Assembly (NCBI GenBank): GCA_024704765.1
Contig: JAKMXF010000339.1
Span: 1 to 64,000 of the forward strand
Direction of reading: 5' to 3'
Length of the DNA: 64,000 nucleotides
Origin: Oopsacas minuta
Taxonomy: Eukaryota > Animalia > Porifera
In this document: positions 62,813 to 64,000 of the stretch, one piece after another
Layout: each line of letters begins with the position of its first letter
How positions within the stretch are numbered: position 1 is the first letter of the stretch
Program-made: the position numbers and the translations under genes
The notes under the pieces: generated by a model
Database searches by the model: none
What the model saw: the letters and a program-made list of their open reading frames with translations, nothing else
Told to the model about the DNA's origin: nothing

Positions 62813-64000
62813 GAGTGGTTCTCAGGCCAGGGTACGCGTATCCCTGGGATAGGCAAACAGTTTTTTCAGCGGTACGGCGAAAGTTTAAACTATAAGTTAA
62901 CGCCTTTGATTAGGTTATTATTTGTGGCTGCGGTCGGCTTTCTACAAACGGATATGGCTATATTCCATTATTCGGTACATTGGTTTGTACATAATTCACA
63001 CTTGTATATCGCGTTATTCTCCATATAAATTGGAATGCTCAAATTGAAAATACACTTACTTTGTGGTAACTGCGTAAATTCATATGGAAACATGTAAAAG
63101 CGGAAGTACGATGAAAGTTATGTCCAATACGGAGATACACCCATATTCAAAGAGGGACGTGAACTACAACAATGTGTGCTATAAAGTGCTATCTGAGGGA
63201 TCGATGAAGCAAGGTTTTCTAAATCGGCATCTCACCGAGTGCCACTCAGATCGTGCTGATAAGGATGTTGATTCTTTAAGCACAAAGAAGCAGGAGTAAA
63301 GCGAATTCGTATTAATCATTGTGGGCAACTTAGCCAACAGACTCAAGCAAGTCTTCGTGACTAGTACATAGTGGCGTTGCGGATAGCTAAAGAAAAGAAA
63401 GCACGCACAATTGCAGATAGGCTTGTAATACCCTGTTGTAAGAATATCATGCAGAGACTTTTTGGAGGTAGTGCAGAAAAGAAGTTTTACTCTCTGCCTC
63501 TATCAAATGACACAATTAAGCGAAAAATTATAGATATGGCAAACGATGTTGAGGCAATTGAGTAGCCGGTAGTTGCGGAATTCTGGGAGACCCATTGAAT
63601 ACTTTTTCAATCTGTTACATCAAAGATGGTGATTTAAAGGGAGACTACCATTTTTCCGCTCGTTAGAAACAACTACAAGAGGAGATGATGGATTCTTGCT
63701 GGTCTCCTGTTTCTTTGAGAAAATGAGACTATCTAGAATGTCTCAGGTTGTATAACAGATGGTGGGCCTGTATGTATAGAATTCGTTCAGGATTTCAAGC
63801 TCTAGTAAAGACAGTGAATTAAAAATATGCCCCGAGCGAGATTATCTATGCGAGCTGATCTTCGTCTTGCACTTTCAAAAACGGACTCACAAATCGAACT
63901 TAATATCGAACACACAGGATAAACCCTCTCACAAATAAATTCTGAATGCATTAATCAAAGACTTGGGTAAAGTTTCACAATACAGTCCAAAAATGACATT
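62813..64000 (+). mobile_element. Decayed, internally deleted Buster-type hAT element
   Basis: GAGTGGTTCTCA start. CYKVLSEGSMKQGFLNRHLTECH, ALRIAKEKKARTIADRLVIPC, LPLSNDTIKRKI and a C-terminal RADLRLALSKT (~63850). Confidence 0.85.

Overview
AT-rich eukaryotic genomic DNA, probably from an invertebrate animal. This is inferred from GT-AG splice signals and the transposon repertoire; the species cannot be determined from the sequence. Positions 1-41.4 kb are an almost continuous, deeply nested graveyard of decayed DNA transposons: Tc1/mariner, several hAT lineages, Helitron, Transib, CMC-Chapaev3, Merlin and P/THAP. Many element ends and target-site duplications (TSDs) can be read directly. 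Positions 45-64 kb hold a minus-strand host gene of unknown identity (a 640-codon disordered terminal exon and one clear internal exon). Its intronic and flanking DNA carries hAT, MULE and MITE remnants plus an OTU-like protease pseudogene. The standout is a 3167-bp Transib/RAG1-like element at 13462-16628. Both ends are the exact V(D)J RSS heptamer CACAGTG, the 5-bp TSD is perfect, and a second end motif sits 12 bp from the heptamer at one end and 21 bp at the other. Its ~730-codon broken transposase has the RAG1 DDE and Zn residues, an NBD-like helix and a C-terminal CxxCxxxGH(x)nC motif. It is the innermost layer of a five-level nest: Helitron > hAT > Tc1 > Tc1 > Transib. No rRNA, tRNA, CRISPR array or retroelement was recognised.
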